A DNA stretch of 54,618 nucleotides. It comes from Acidimicrobiia bacterium. GTDB lineage: Bacteria > Actinomycetota > Acidimicrobiia > Spongiisociales > JAENVV01. Shown here one piece after another: positions 30,290 to 40,167 of this stretch (positions within the stretch are counted from its first letter, which is position 1; each line of letters starts with the position of its first letter). The translations under genes were made by a program, and so were the position numbers. The stretch spans positions 1 through 54,618 of the forward strand of contig JAGXFS010000068.1 of the NCBI GenBank assembly GCA_024637275.1, written 5' to 3'. Under the pieces are notes generated by a model. The model worked only from the letters and a program-made list of their open reading frames with translations, was not told the DNA's origin and did no database searches.

Positions 30290-30891
30290 ACGACGAACTG
30301 CGCAACCGCATCAACCGCCTCGATCCGATGCACTCCGGTGTTCCGACCGAACCACCGACGACCCCGTCGTCCATACGCCGAATGGAGCGTGTCATGTCAA
30401 CAAGCACTCAGCAAGCCCCCACCCGGGTTCCAGAACCCAACAAACGATGGGTTCCTGCTCTCGCAACCCTGGTCGTGGCAGCGGTAGCTGTCGGCGCGTT
30501 TATGTTCTCCGGATCGGGTGGAGACTCCCAGCCGGTTGCCGGCCCCCCGCTTCAGCTGTCCCTCGGCGAAGACAATGCGCTGTCGTCATGCATCATGTTC
30601 GACGTCGCCATTCTTCGGGATGCCCAGGTAGCGTTTGAAGGCACCGTGACGTCCGTAGACGGCGCTCAAGGAACGCTGGCCGTCGATCACTGGTACAAAG
30701 GTGGTGACGCAGCCGAAGTGGTCTTGACCGGCGGATCAGAGGCCATGGTCTCCCTCATCGGCGCCTTCCCACTCGAGGTCGGGAGCAGCTACCTGATCAC
30801 CGCTACTGGTGCCAACGTCAACTTCTGCGGCTACAGCGGACCGGCCACCCCAGAACTGCGAGGCTACTTCGACGAGGCGTTCGGCGCCTGA
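30286..30891 (+). CDS. Putative anti-sigma factor (single TM, Cys-containing extracytoplasmic domain)
   Basis: GTGA overlap with the sigma gene; short N-terminal cytoplasmic part; TM RWVPALATLVVAAVAVGAFMF; two Cys in the outer domain. Confidence 0.6.
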   Translation: MNDELRNRINRLDPMHSGVPTEPPTTPSSIRRMERVMSTSTQQAPTRVPEPNKRWVPALATLVVAAVAVGAFMFSGSGGDSQPVAGPPLQLSLGEDNALSSCIMFDVAILRDAQVAFEGTVTSVDGAQGTLAVDHWYKGGDAAEVVLTGGSEAMVSLIGAFPLEVGSSYLITATGANVNFCGYSGPATPELRGYFDEAFGA

Positions 30892-30907
30892 ACCAAACCT
30901 GGCCAAA

Positions 30908-30945
30908 GAAACGGGTGGAGAGTTCTACAACTCTCCACCCGTTTC
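30908..30945 (+). terminator. Terminator-like hairpin after the sigma/anti-sigma pair
   Basis: Perfect 17-bp stem GAAACGGGTGGAGAGTT-CTAC-AACTCTCCACCCGTTTC. Confidence 0.75.
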
Positions 30946-31016
30946 GCGTGCGATGGGAGTCGCCGGGGTGGTCGTCGCAGCGCATAGACTGCGTCGAGAG
31001 ATCGTGGAGGAATGGC

Positions 31017-31364
31017 ATGGCAGGCGTGAAGCGTCCCGTAGTCGACAACATAGAGAGCACGGCACGGGACCACCTCGCTAATGAACGAACATTCTTGGCT
31101 TGGGTGCGGACCTCCTTGGCCGTAGTGGGGCTCGGGGTACTCGTCGGCAAGCTGGTCGAATCCGACGGCGTCGTTGCGGAAGTCCTGGGTTTACTTATGA
31201 TCGCATTCGGGGCTGGCATGCTTATCTACGGCATTACCCGGTTTGAACGTGTAACGGCGCTGCTCGATGAGCATAAGTTTGCCTCGGCCAGGCGTGGGCC
31301 GCTCGTTTTAGCCGCGCTAGGGATCATTATCTCGGTGGGAGCGGCGATCCTTCTCCTCGTCTGA
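31017..31364 (+). CDS. YidH/DUF202 family inner membrane protein
   Basis: ARDHLANERTFLAWVRT signature and three hydrophobic helices. Confidence 0.92.
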   Translation: MAGVKRPVVDNIESTARDHLANERTFLAWVRTSLAVVGLGVLVGKLVESDGVVAEVLGLLMIAFGAGMLIYGITRFERVTALLDEHKFASARRGPLVLAALGIIISVGAAILLLV

Positions 31365-31366
31365 GG

Positions 31367-32254
31367 TCACCGGCCCGAGAGTACGGCTAGAGCAAGACCA
31401 AGGATGGTGAATACCAGAGTCGTGACTGCACCGGCGGTCGCCAAGCTGTAGCGGTTCGATCGCACCGCCCACAGAGTTAACCATCCTGGAGCGACCGCGG
31501 TGAAGGCGAGGGTCGCTGGCCGGCCAAGACTCCCGAATAGGACTCCGGCGGCGAGGAGGGCTGCGCCACCCAGGAACGCCAGACCGATCAGAACCTCGGT
31601 TGCCCTTCGACCTATTCGTACTGCCAGGACTCGCTTCCCGGCTGCCCGATCCGATTCTATGTCCGGGATCTCGAAGGCCAGCATCGTTGCGAAGTGGACC
31701 GGGAACAGGACCGCGATCGAGATCAATAATGGCGAGGACGGTGCACTCCCCTGACTTGTGGATCCGATAAGTGGGACGGCCCCAATTACCACTGCGGTTG
31801 TTGCCGCTTCGCCCCATCCGGTCCCCAACAGTCGAATCGGAGGCATCGAATACATCCAGGATATGCAGAGCGCTCCGAGGCCGATCGCGGCTGCCGCCGG
31901 ACTGAACGTCCACATCGCAAGGGCCGTGATGATCGTGACGGCCGATGTGATCTGTCCGGCCCGAAGGGCTATCCGTGGGTCGATGCGTCCGGTCAGCAGC
32001 ACCCCACTACCACCGGAGAATGCGGTCCGATTGGTGATACCTACGTCAACAAATCGATCGGCGTACTCGTTCAAGAAATGGGCAGTCAGCTGCGCAGCCG
32101 TGACCATGAGTTGGCCGGCCAGGTAACGATCGGCGCTGATAGGCGACGCCGTGGATGCACCGAGGGCGTACGCCAGCACCCCTCCCGCCAGGAAGTGGGG
32201 ACGACTGAGGATCAAGAGGTCGCGCAAAGATGCAGTACTCCCTTTTTGGCTCAC
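31367..32254 (-). CDS. UbiA-superfamily prenyltransferase (MenA-like)
   Basis: RPHFL, NEYADRFVD...FSGGSGVL, YSMPPIRL...GWGE, DIESDRAAGKR. The GTG at 32254 overlaps the stop of the upstream peroxiredoxin. Confidence 0.85.
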   Translation of the reverse strand: MSQKGSTASLRDLLILSRPHFLAGGVLAYALGASTASPISADRYLAGQLMVTAAQLTAHFLNEYADRFVDVGITNRTAFSGGSGVLLTGRIDPRIALRAGQITSAVTIITALAMWTFSPAAAAIGLGALCISWMYSMPPIRLLGTGWGEAATTAVVIGAVPLIGSTSQGSAPSSPLLISIAVLFPVHFATMLAFEIPDIESDRAAGKRVLAVRIGRRATEVLIGLAFLGGAALLAAGVLFGSLGRPATLAFTAVAPGWLTLWAVRSNRYSLATAGAVTTLVFTILGLALAVLSGR

Positions 32255-32748
32255 GCCAGAGATCGCAAAGCCTGGATAACGGGGTCGAGGAGTGGTAATT
32301 CCTCGGCATTTTCGGTGCTCCAGGCGTACCGGACCGTACCTGCCCCATCGATGACAAAGATCGACCGTTTCGCAAGGCCAACGTGGCCCTTCCACTCCTC
32401 GTAGCGAACCCCGAAGGCTGCCGATATGGTGCCATCCCAGTCCGACAGCAGCGGAAAGCCGATTCCGATATGCTGAGCGAAGGCCATCTGGGAAAACGTA
32501 GCAGTAACGGCGATACCGACCAGGTCTGCACCGAGCGACTTGATCTCACCAGCGACCGACCCCAACTGGGTCAGCTCCGTGTTTCAGTAGTCACCAAAGT
32601 CAAAGACGTAGAACGCTATGACAATCGGCTTTCCCGGAGTTCGGCTGACGGAGCGGTTGAAGGTTTGGCGTAGCTCGAATTCTGGCGCTCGGGCGCCCAC
32701 TGACAAACTGCCTGTCGAGGCAGCAGACGAGAACCGGTCGTGCTCCAT
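32251..32748 (-). CDS. Peroxiredoxin (AhpC/TSA, AhpE-like) with in-frame UGA at the peroxidatic Cys position: candidate selenoprotein, 165 aa
   Basis: Manual translation from ATG 32748 gives ...LSVGARAPEFEL...GKPIVIAFYVFDFGDY[TGA 32586-32584]NTELTQL...FPLLSDW...AKRSIFVID..GTVRYAW. The ORF track reports only the part after the UGA. Confidence 0.85.
32555..32575 (-). promoter_or_regulatory. Putative bacterial SECIS hairpin
   Basis: GCUGACCC-AGUUG-GGGUCGGU: an 8-bp stem (2 G-U pairs) starting at +9 after the UGA. The apical loop is 16 nt from the UGA, with G in loop position 2. Confidence 0.6.
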
Positions 32749-32890
32749 AGGCTGATCCTACGCGAGACAGCTCCTGGCAAGCACCGCTGTCAGGGAGCGC
32801 TTCTCATGCGTGGCCGGGTCCTGACTCGAACCTTTGAGCCTCCCCGGCCGTCCTCAGGTGGCGTTCAGCCGGGATGATTAGGGTCACACC

Positions 32891-33628
32891 GTGCCGATGC
32901 CCAATAATGCCGCCCCTCTGCCAGCCACGCATCTCGGGTTGTCTCGGCCATTCGGTTGGGTCCTCGTGGTGATCTCGCTTGTCGCCCTTGCCTGCCTGTA
33001 TGGATGGATTGTTCTAACGCATCCCGAGACTTTTGGACTCGATTCGCGGATCCACGATCTTGCGTCGCGCGGTGCCCTGCCTGGTCGCGGCCGTGCTCTG
33101 GCTGCCGTATCCGAGGGCACCAACACGGGTCCTCTCTCTGTGGCCTCGGTTGCCGTAGCTGCCGGGATTGGAGTTGCCTTCTCCATGCGGCGAGCGGCGG
33201 TGTTCGCCTCGATGGTCGGCTTGAGTGCCTTGACCGTCACCGTCCTCAAAGCAGTAGTCGCTCGCAGTCGACCTGATGCCGGAGCGGAAGTGCTTGCGTC
33301 GTTCGCCTGGCCCTCTGGACATTCTGCCGGTGCCCTCACATTCGCCCTAGCGGTGACCGTCACCCTGTATCGGATTGGTCCAAAACCCGGCCTTGTGGCG
33401 GCGATCGGCTTCATACCTGCCGCACTCCTGGTCGGTTACAGCCGCATCTTCCTGTCGGTGCACTGGTTCTCTGACGTCGTAGCCGGGTTTGCAGTCTCCG
33501 TTTTCGCGGTTGGCCTGGTTCTGGCCGTTCAAACCAAGCGAGTGTCAACTGATCGGCACCGACCAGTCATAGCGTACGGAGCCGTCCTGGTGGCCGTTAG
33601 TGTCATGGTGACCACGGGACTGCGTTAG
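32891..33628 (+). CDS. PAP2 family membrane phosphatase
   Basis: KAVVARSRP, AWPSGHS, SRIFLSVHWFSDV motifs. Confidence 0.92.
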   Translation: MPMPNNAAPLPATHLGLSRPFGWVLVVISLVALACLYGWIVLTHPETFGLDSRIHDLASRGALPGRGRALAAVSEGTNTGPLSVASVAVAAGIGVAFSMRRAAVFASMVGLSALTVTVLKAVVARSRPDAGAEVLASFAWPSGHSAGALTFALAVTVTLYRIGPKPGLVAAIGFIPAALLVGYSRIFLSVHWFSDVVAGFAVSVFAVGLVLAVQTKRVSTDRHRPVIAYGAVLVAVSVMVTTGLR

Positions 33629-33636
33629 GCGGCTTA

Positions 33637-34263
33637 ATGAAATCTCTATTTGGGAACCGGCGTCAATCGGGCACCAAGAACGGTGCGTTGTACGACTCAA
33701 AACGGTACGCGCTGCTGAATCGATGGGACCCGCGGCATATGGTGACGGTTGCCACTCATCTTGATCCACGCGCCGGTGACCGGATTCTCGAAGTCGGCTG
33801 CGGTCGCGGCCACTTGACCAAGCGGCTACGTGATCTTGGGGCCGATGCCGTTGGGATCGATGCCAACCCGCACGCCGCTGCTGAGGCCGTAACTGAGGGT
33901 GTATCTACCGGGAACGCCGAAGCTCTTGACTACCCGGATGACACCTTCGACAAGATTGTCTCGGTACACGCCATCGAACACATACCCAATATCGAGGCGG
34001 CCTTTTCGGAGATGGCCCGGGTCCTGAAGCCGGGCGGTAAGGCTCTGTTTATCTACCCGGCCGAACCGATCCAGGGTATCTGGGCGGTTCCGACCGCCAT
34101 CGTCCTTCATGGCAATCCGCTCAGGGCGCGTGACGTGCACTGCAACTGGCTGTGGCCATCGAAAGTGCAGGGCATTGCTGAACCGACCGGTCTGGTTCAC
34201 GACCATTCAAAGTTTATGCTCCTTTCCTCACCGCAGTTCGTTTCGTTGTTTTTGAAGGTTTGA
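33637..34263 (+). CDS. Class I SAM-dependent methyltransferase
   Basis: ILEVGCGRG, GNAEALDYPDDTFD, EMARVLKPGG. Confidence 0.9.
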   Translation: MKSLFGNRRQSGTKNGALYDSKRYALLNRWDPRHMVTVATHLDPRAGDRILEVGCGRGHLTKRLRDLGADAVGIDANPHAAAEAVTEGVSTGNAEALDYPDDTFDKIVSVHAIEHIPNIEAAFSEMARVLKPGGKALFIYPAEPIQGIWAVPTAIVLHGNPLRARDVHCNWLWPSKVQGIAEPTGLVHDHSKFMLLSSPQFVSLFLKV

Positions 34264-34404
34264 GCCAGTCGGATTAGTTGCGAGCTACGAACCCGGTTCT
34301 GGCCGGCCATCACTGGGACGATCGGCCGGAATCGGGGGCCCGAATCAGCTAACGTTCAGGTTGGACCGGCCACACTGGTGGATGGGCAATGCAGGGAGGG
34401 CGTC

Positions 34405-35052
34405 ATGGATGCAGCATTTGGCGGTATCTACGTCATCACTGCGTACTTCCTGGGGGCTATTCCCGTTGCCTATCTCTACGGCAAAGCCCGCGCTGTCGAC
34501 CTTTCTTCCTCTGGCTCGGGAAACCTCGGGGCTGGCAACACCACCCGCCTGCTCGGGGCGAAGGCCGGCGCTCTTGTTGCACTCCTGGACGGAATGAAAG
34601 GACTGCTCACAGTCTTTGCCGGTCGGTGGTTGGGTTTCGGGACCAGCGTGATCGCGGCTGGTGCCCTGGCATCGGTTGCTGGGTCAGATTGGTCCGTCTT
34701 TCTTGGGCGTCGATCGGGCCGCGGGCTAGCAACGTCGTCGCTGGCCATGCTGGCTTTCGATCCGATTGCCGTCCTGTGGCCCGGTGTTTGGTCGGCGATC
34801 GGATGGAAGATCGGCGGAGGGATCTCCGGATTCTTCGGCTGGACTTTTATCTGGTTGGCCGCCTACGGGTTGGGTCGCCCAACGGAAACTGTATTGCTCG
34901 GCGCCGGCATGGGCCTCCTCATGATCATTCGCAGAGCCCAGGGGAACTTGAACGATCCGGATCAAGACAATCCCCTCACCCGTATTCTCTACGACACGGA
35001 CCGTCGGCAGCCGTCACGAGAACTGGCTACGGGTGACGGCTCGTTGGCCTAG
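34405..35052 (+). CDS. Glycerol-3-phosphate acyltransferase PlsY-like protein
   Basis: AYFLGAIP, GSGNLGAGNTTR, LLDGMKG, GRGLAT. Some motifs are divergent (GSDWS in place of GHxxP). Confidence 0.75.
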   Translation: MDAAFGGIYVITAYFLGAIPVAYLYGKARAVDLSSSGSGNLGAGNTTRLLGAKAGALVALLDGMKGLLTVFAGRWLGFGTSVIAAGALASVAGSDWSVFLGRRSGRGLATSSLAMLAFDPIAVLWPGVWSAIGWKIGGGISGFFGWTFIWLAAYGLGRPTETVLLGAGMGLLMIIRRAQGNLNDPDQDNPLTRILYDTDRRQPSRELATGDGSLA

Positions 35053-35104
35053 CGGGCGACTCGTCGCGCCTCTCCGAATCGACCGACCAGCGATTTGTCC
35101 ATTG

Positions 35105-35133
35105 TTGTATAAACAAATTCAGCGTCCTAGGGT
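35105..35133 (+). promoter_or_regulatory. Putative HutC/GntR operator overlapping the -35 of the hisD-hut promoter
   Basis: TTGTATAAACAA (35105-35116) is a GntR/HutC-type TTGT-N4-ACAA palindrome. TAGGGT (-10-like) at 35128-35133 follows a 17-bp spacer. Confidence 0.65.
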
Positions 35134-35159
35134 AGAGCTCATCCCAAAGCGGCCGGCCC

Positions 35160-36461
35160 ATGTCAATTGAGATTCAGACAACTCGACTTGCGGAGCTCAG
35201 CCCCGAGCAAGCCCGCCAACTCGTTCGCCGGTCGGCCGTAGCTAGTCCGGAAGTGCACCGGGCCGCGCAAGAAATCTGTGAAGCAGTCCGAACCGGGGGC
35301 GATGAAGCTCTGGCGTCCGCCGGACTTACCTTTGGCGGGGGTCGAACCCATCCGACTGTCACGCATGACGAGATGGAACAGGCATGGAGCGCTGCCAGCC
35401 AAGAGATACGAACCGCCATCGAACACTCGATGCGCAATGTTGAGTTCTTTCATTCCCGGCAGCGCCCCACGGACCTTACGGTTGAACCGGTTGCAGGGGT
35501 TCGAATTGATCGGAAGTGGTCTCCGCTGCGATCGGTTGGGGCGTACGTACCTGGCGGGAAGGCCGCCTATCCGTCTTCGCTAATAATGACGGTTGTGCCG
35601 GCGATGGCGGCTGGCGTCGGCAGGATTGTTGTCGCCTCCCCGGCCATGGCTGACGGTCGAATCGATTCCACCTTGCTGGCGGCGGCGTTTCGTCTCGGGG
35701 TTTCGGAAATGTATGCCATGGGTGGCGCCCAGGCCGTAGCTGCGCTGGCCTACGGTACGGAATCGATCGACCCGGTAGACAAGATCGTCGGCCCCGGCAA
35801 CGCCTACGTAACGGCTGCCAAGCTCATAGTGCTTGGAGTTTGTGCGATCGACATGCCGGCCGGGCCTAGCGAGGTATTGGTTATCGCTGACGGCTCGGCT
35901 GATCCTGAAGTGGTCGCGGTAGATCTACTGTGCCAGGCCGAGCACGGCCCCGACTCGCCCGCCCTCCTCGTAACCGATGACGAATCTCTGGCGCACAAGG
36001 TCGTCGAGCACATCAACCGGATGCTGCCAGAGCTCGATCGTCGAGACATCCTCGCTCAGGCGCTGACGCGCCATGGTCTGATCGCTCTCGTGGAGACAAT
36101 CAGCGACGCTCTGTCATTCGCCAACGACTTCGCAGCCGAACATGTCACGGTTCTCACCGAGTGTGCCGCCGACGACGCCGCATTGATTACCTCAGCCGGA
36201 TCCATCTATGTCGGGCACTGGTCCCCGGAGGCGGCCGGCGACTATGCCACCGGGGCTAACCACGTACTGCCAACCGGTGGGCTTGCCCGATCCATGAATC
36301 CACTTGGTATCGAGGATTTTGGCACCTGGCGCCAGGTACAAACGCTGACCGAGCCCGGGCTGCGGTCGATCGCGCCGACTATCGCAACGCTAGCCACGGC
36401 CGAAGGTCTCACCGCCCATCGGCTGTCGGTTGAACTGCGATTACGGCCATCAGGGAGCTGA
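35160..36461 (+). CDS. hisD: Histidinol dehydrogenase
   Basis: GAYVPGGKAAYPSS, GGAQAVAALAYGT, KIVGPGN.YV.AAK, IDMPAGPSE, QAEH, AEH, GDYATGANHVLPT. Confidence 0.93.
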   Translation: MSIEIQTTRLAELSPEQARQLVRRSAVASPEVHRAAQEICEAVRTGGDEALASAGLTFGGGRTHPTVTHDEMEQAWSAASQEIRTAIEHSMRNVEFFHSRQRPTDLTVEPVAGVRIDRKWSPLRSVGAYVPGGKAAYPSSLIMTVVPAMAAGVGRIVVASPAMADGRIDSTLLAAAFRLGVSEMYAMGGAQAVAALAYGTESIDPVDKIVGPGNAYVTAAKLIVLGVCAIDMPAGPSEVLVIADGSADPEVVAVDLLCQAEHGPDSPALLVTDDESLAHKVVEHINRMLPELDRRDILAQALTRHGLIALVETISDALSFANDFAAEHVTVLTECAADDAALITSAGSIYVGHWSPEAAGDYATGANHVLPTGGLARSMNPLGIEDFGTWRQVQTLTEPGLRSIAPTIATLATAEGLTAHRLSVELRLRPSGS

Positions 36462-36464
36462 GCG

Positions 36465-37178
36465 ATGCCGACGCCGAAGTACCAGATCATTGCAGACCGG
36501 ATCCGCTCTGAGATCCTCAATGGGACCCTCTCGCCGTTGGATCAACTCCCTACCGAACACGAGATGAGCGACGCGTACGGCGTCAGCCGGGGAACGATCC
36601 GCACAGCGCTCGGAGAACTGAGTGCCGAAGGGCTTGTTCGGAGCGCCCAGGGCAGCGGCAGCTATGTGTCAGCCGCCTCGCCGATGACCCGGTACTTCTC
36701 GTTGAGTTCGTTTGATGACGACATGCGTGCGGCCGGACGGACCCCGAGTACGGAGGTGCTCGCTGCTGAACCATTGCCGGCCGACGAGGGAAATCCTCTC
36801 AAGGTGAAGGCGGGAACTCCCCTCATCCGACTGCGCCGGCTTCGCCTCGCCGATGGTCGCCCGATGGCGGTTGAGGAACGCCGGATCGTCGAAAGTCTTT
36901 GCCCGGGCCTCTTAGATGAGGACCTGGCGCATCAGTCCGTTCACTGGTTGCTTACCGTCAAGTACGCCATACAGCTGGTCCGCATCGAGCACGCTGTGGA
37001 AAGGGGAAAGGCGTTGCCAGATGATGCCAGGACTCTCAAGATCAATCCCGGAGCACCCGTGCTGACGATTGAGCGACTGACGTACACTCAGGATGGAGAG
37101 GAGTCGCTCCTCCCGGCTGTCTGGTTCCGTTCGGTTCACCGCGACCACCAACCGAATTTGGAAAGGACTTCCCTATGA
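36465..37178 (+). CDS. hutC: GntR family regulator with UTRA domain (HutC-like)
   Basis: [18 protein letters not shown]...[18 protein letters not shown] and a UTRA-like C-terminus. It lies within the hut operon; the symbol is by context. Confidence 0.8.
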   Translation: MPTPKYQIIADRIRSEILNGTLSPLDQLPTEHEMSDAYGVSRGTIRTALGELSAEGLVRSAQGSGSYVSAASPMTRYFSLSSFDDDMRAAGRTPSTEVLAAEPLPADEGNPLKVKAGTPLIRLRRLRLADGRPMAVEERRIVESLCPGLLDEDLAHQSVHWLLTVKYAIQLVRIEHAVERGKALPDDARTLKINPGAPVLTIERLTYTQDGEESLLPAVWFRSVHRDHQPNLERTSL

Positions 37179-38836
37179 GTGGCCCCCGACCCGTCCGAGC
37201 CCCGCGAGGGTCTGAACTGTCCTGCAAAGGTTGGGGGCAGGAAGCTGCCCTGCGAATGCTCATGAACAACCTTGATCCTGAGGTAGCCGAACGCCCGGAT
37301 GACCTCGTTGTTTACGGGGGAACCGGAAAAGCTGCCCGGTCCTGGGAGGCATTTGATGCCATCGTTGCGACATTGCGCCGGCTCGAGGACGATGAGACCC
37401 TCCTTATCCAGTCTGGCAAGCCAGTAGGGGTCTTTCGGACCCACGAATGGGCGCCACGGGTCCTGCTCGCCAACTCGCTGCTGGTGCCGGAGTGGGCGAC
37501 CTGGGACGAGTTTCGCAAGTTGGAAGACGCCGGCTTGACGATGTACGGCCAGATGACCGCCGGTTCCTGGATCTACATCGGGACGCAAGGTATCCTCCAG
37601 GGCACCTACGAAACGTTTGGCGCCATCGCCGACAAACGGTTCGAGGGCTCGCTGGCCGGCACCATTACGCTCACCGCGGGCCTGGGAGGGATGGGTGGAG
37701 CCCAGCCGCTCGCAGTGACCATGAATGAAGGGGTGGCGCTCTGCATCGAAGTAGATGCCCACCGCGCCAACCGTCGTCTCGAAACTCGGTATCTCGATGT
37801 GATCGCCGACAACCTCGACGAAGCGATCGCTCAGTGTCTGACGGCTCGGGACGAGCGTCGGCCACTGTCTGTGGGGGTGGTTGGGAACGCCGCCGACGTT
37901 TTGCCCCGGCTGCTCGAGCTTGACTTCCCGGCCGATATCGTGACCGACCAGACGTCCGCACACGATCCGATGAGCTACGTGCCGAATGATCTAACCGTTG
38001 AGGCCGCCGCCCAGATGGCCGACGAGGCCCCACAAGAACTGATCAGGCGCGCCCGGCTGGCCATGGCTCGTCATTGTGCTGCGATGGTTGGTTACCTCGA
38101 CCGCGGAGCAGAAGTCTTCGACTACGGGAACAGTCTTCGCACCGAAGCCAAACTCGGAGGCTTCGATCGAGCATTCGACTATCCGGGATTCACACCCGCC
38201 TACATCCGTCCGCTCTTCTGCGAAGGCAAGGGGCCGTTCCGGTGGGTCGCACTTTCCGGTGACCCCGCCGACATCGCCGCCACCGACCGGGCAGTTCTAG
38301 AGGAGTTCCCTGACGATGCTGGCCTCGCTCGGTGGATCACCATGGCGTCGGAACGGGTGGCGTTTCAAGGATTGCCGAGCAGAATCTGCTGGCTGGGATA
38401 TGGCGAACGGCGTCGTCTCGGTCTCCGCTTCAACGAAATGGTGCGCTCTGGTGAACTATCGGCGCCAATCGTCATCGGACGCGACCACCTCGACTCGGGA
38501 TCGGTTGCGTCTCCCTACCGCGAAACCGAAGCCATGCTTGACGGATCCGACGCCATCGCCGACTGGCCAATTCTCAATGCGTTAGTCAACACGTCTAGCG
38601 GCGCATCTTGGGTCAGCGTTCACCACGGTGGCGGCGTCGGCATTGGACGCTCGATTCACGCAGGGATGGTCGTTGTGGCCGATGGAACCGACCTGGCGGC
38701 GCAGCGACTCGACCGTGTGCTGACTTCCGATCCCGGAACCGGAGTCATGCGTCACGCCGATGCCGGATATCCGATCGCCAGGGACGTAGCCGAAAGTCGC
38801 GGTATCGACCTTCCCATGATCACTGGAACCCCGTGA
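37175..38836 (+). CDS. hutU: Urocanate hydratase
   Basis: [66 protein letters not shown]. Confidence 0.98.
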   Translation: MSGPRPVRAPRGSELSCKGWGQEAALRMLMNNLDPEVAERPDDLVVYGGTGKAARSWEAFDAIVATLRRLEDDETLLIQSGKPVGVFRTHEWAPRVLLANSLLVPEWATWDEFRKLEDAGLTMYGQMTAGSWIYIGTQGILQGTYETFGAIADKRFEGSLAGTITLTAGLGGMGGAQPLAVTMNEGVALCIEVDAHRANRRLETRYLDVIADNLDEAIAQCLTARDERRPLSVGVVGNAADVLPRLLELDFPADIVTDQTSAHDPMSYVPNDLTVEAAAQMADEAPQELIRRARLAMARHCAAMVGYLDRGAEVFDYGNSLRTEAKLGGFDRAFDYPGFTPAYIRPLFCEGKGPFRWVALSGDPADIAATDRAVLEEFPDDAGLARWITMASERVAFQGLPSRICWLGYGERRRLGLRFNEMVRSGELSAPIVIGRDHLDSGSVASPYRETEAMLDGSDAIADWPILNALVNTSSGASWVSVHHGGGVGIGRSIHAGMVVVADGTDLAAQRLDRVLTSDPGTGVMRHADAGYPIARDVAESRGIDLPMITGTP

Positions 38837-40167
38837 CGGAGTGGTTCGCCCCCTACGCCTGGTTGGGAGGCCCAGACTTCGCCAGTGACGTGTCGGTCGC
38901 AGTAGCCAACGGTGTCGTAGCTTCCGTTGACATCGGCGCGAGACCCGGTCCCGAATCGGTCAGGTTGGATGGGATCATCCTTCCCGGTCTAGCCAACGTC
39001 CACTCGCATGCATTTCACCGGGTAATCAGAGGTCAAACACACGAATCCGGAGGAGATTTCTGGCAGTGGAGGACGGCCATGTACGCCGTTTCCCAACTTC
39101 TCGAACCGGACTCCTATCGAGCTCTGGCCGGGGAGGTGTTTGGCGAAATGCTTCGATCCGGCATTACCGCAGTTGGAGAGTTCCATTATGTTCACCATCA
39201 GCCCGATGGGCGACCTTATGGCGAGGCCCATGCGATGGAGCGAGCTCTGATCGACGCAGCTACTGATGCCGGGATCAGGATGACCCTTCTCGACACGTGC
39301 TACTTGGCCTCCGACGTTCGCGGGGCGCCGCCACTGCCTGAACAATCGCGCTTCGCCGATGCATCTGCCGACGATTGGTCCTTGCGAGTTCTTGAGTTGG
39401 AGAGCCTGATCACGTCTCCGACGATCAAGCTGGGAGTGGCCGCCCATAGCGTGAGAGCGACCCCCCGTCCCGCTCTGGAGGTGGTGGCGGACACGGCAGC
39501 AACCTTGGATTGTCCGGTTCACGTTCACGTCTCTGAGCAGCGGGCGGAGAACGACGCTTGCCTGGCTGAACACGGAATGTCCCCCACCCAGCTCATCAGC
39601 GCCTGCGGGTTATTGAACGATGCCTCGACTGCCATCCACGGCACCCACCTCACGGGCGATGACATGAAGCTTCTGGCGGATTCAGGTGCTGGAGTCTGTT
39701 TCTGTCCAACCACCGAACGTGAGCTCGGCGATGGAATCGGCCCGGCCCGCGAGCTACGCGATCTTGGAGTTCCTCTGTCACTCGGAACGGACAGCAACGC
39801 GGTGGTTGATCTTTTTGAGGAAGCTCGCTCGCTCGAACTCAACGATCGCTTGCGCCTGGAGCGTCGTGGGATCCACTCCCCCGTCGATCTTCTTCACAGC
39901 GCAACGACCGCCGGGTTGGAGGCGTTGGGGTGGGGAACCCATGCACCGCTGGGGGTTGGGTCACCCGCAGATTTCCTATCGGTCGCCACCGGAACCGACC
40001 AGGGCACCTTCGAACCTTCCGACGGCGTTGGTGCCTTGCTGTTTGCAGGACCGTTGCCGGTAACCGACGTCGTCGTAGGAGGTCGCCACGTGGTCAAGGA
40101 GGGCCTCAATCGCAATGGGCAGTCGAGATCGGGACTTGCCAGCGCGATCCGGGGGTTCCTGCGATGA
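38833..40167 (+). CDS. hutF: Formimidoylglutamate deiminase
   Basis: [66 protein letters not shown] overlap with hutU. Confidence 0.93.
   Translation: MTEWFAPYAWLGGPDFASDVSVAVANGVVASVDIGARPGPESVRLDGIILPGLANVHSHAFHRVIRGQTHESGGDFWQWRTAMYAVSQLLEPDSYRALAGEVFGEMLRSGITAVGEFHYVHHQPDGRPYGEAHAMERALIDAATDAGIRMTLLDTCYLASDVRGAPPLPEQSRFADASADDWSLRVLELESLITSPTIKLGVAAHSVRATPRPALEVVADTAATLDCPVHVHVSEQRAENDACLAEHGMSPTQLISACGLLNDASTAIHGTHLTGDDMKLLADSGAGVCFCPTTERELGDGIGPARELRDLGVPLSLGTDSNAVVDLFEEARSLELNDRLRLERRGIHSPVDLLHSATTAGLEALGWGTHAPLGVGSPADFLSVATGTDQGTFEPSDGVGALLFAGPLPVTDVVVGGRHVVKEGLNRNGQSRSGLASAIRGFLR

Noticed and set aside
38608-38832. Long N-terminal extensions of hutF (and similarly hutI, GcvT-like, TetR, Rieske 1, methyltransferase, prenyltransferase) in the ORF track
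   Set aside because: They overlap neighbouring real genes. Downstream starts with an RBS, stop/start overlap or leaderless promoter fit better.
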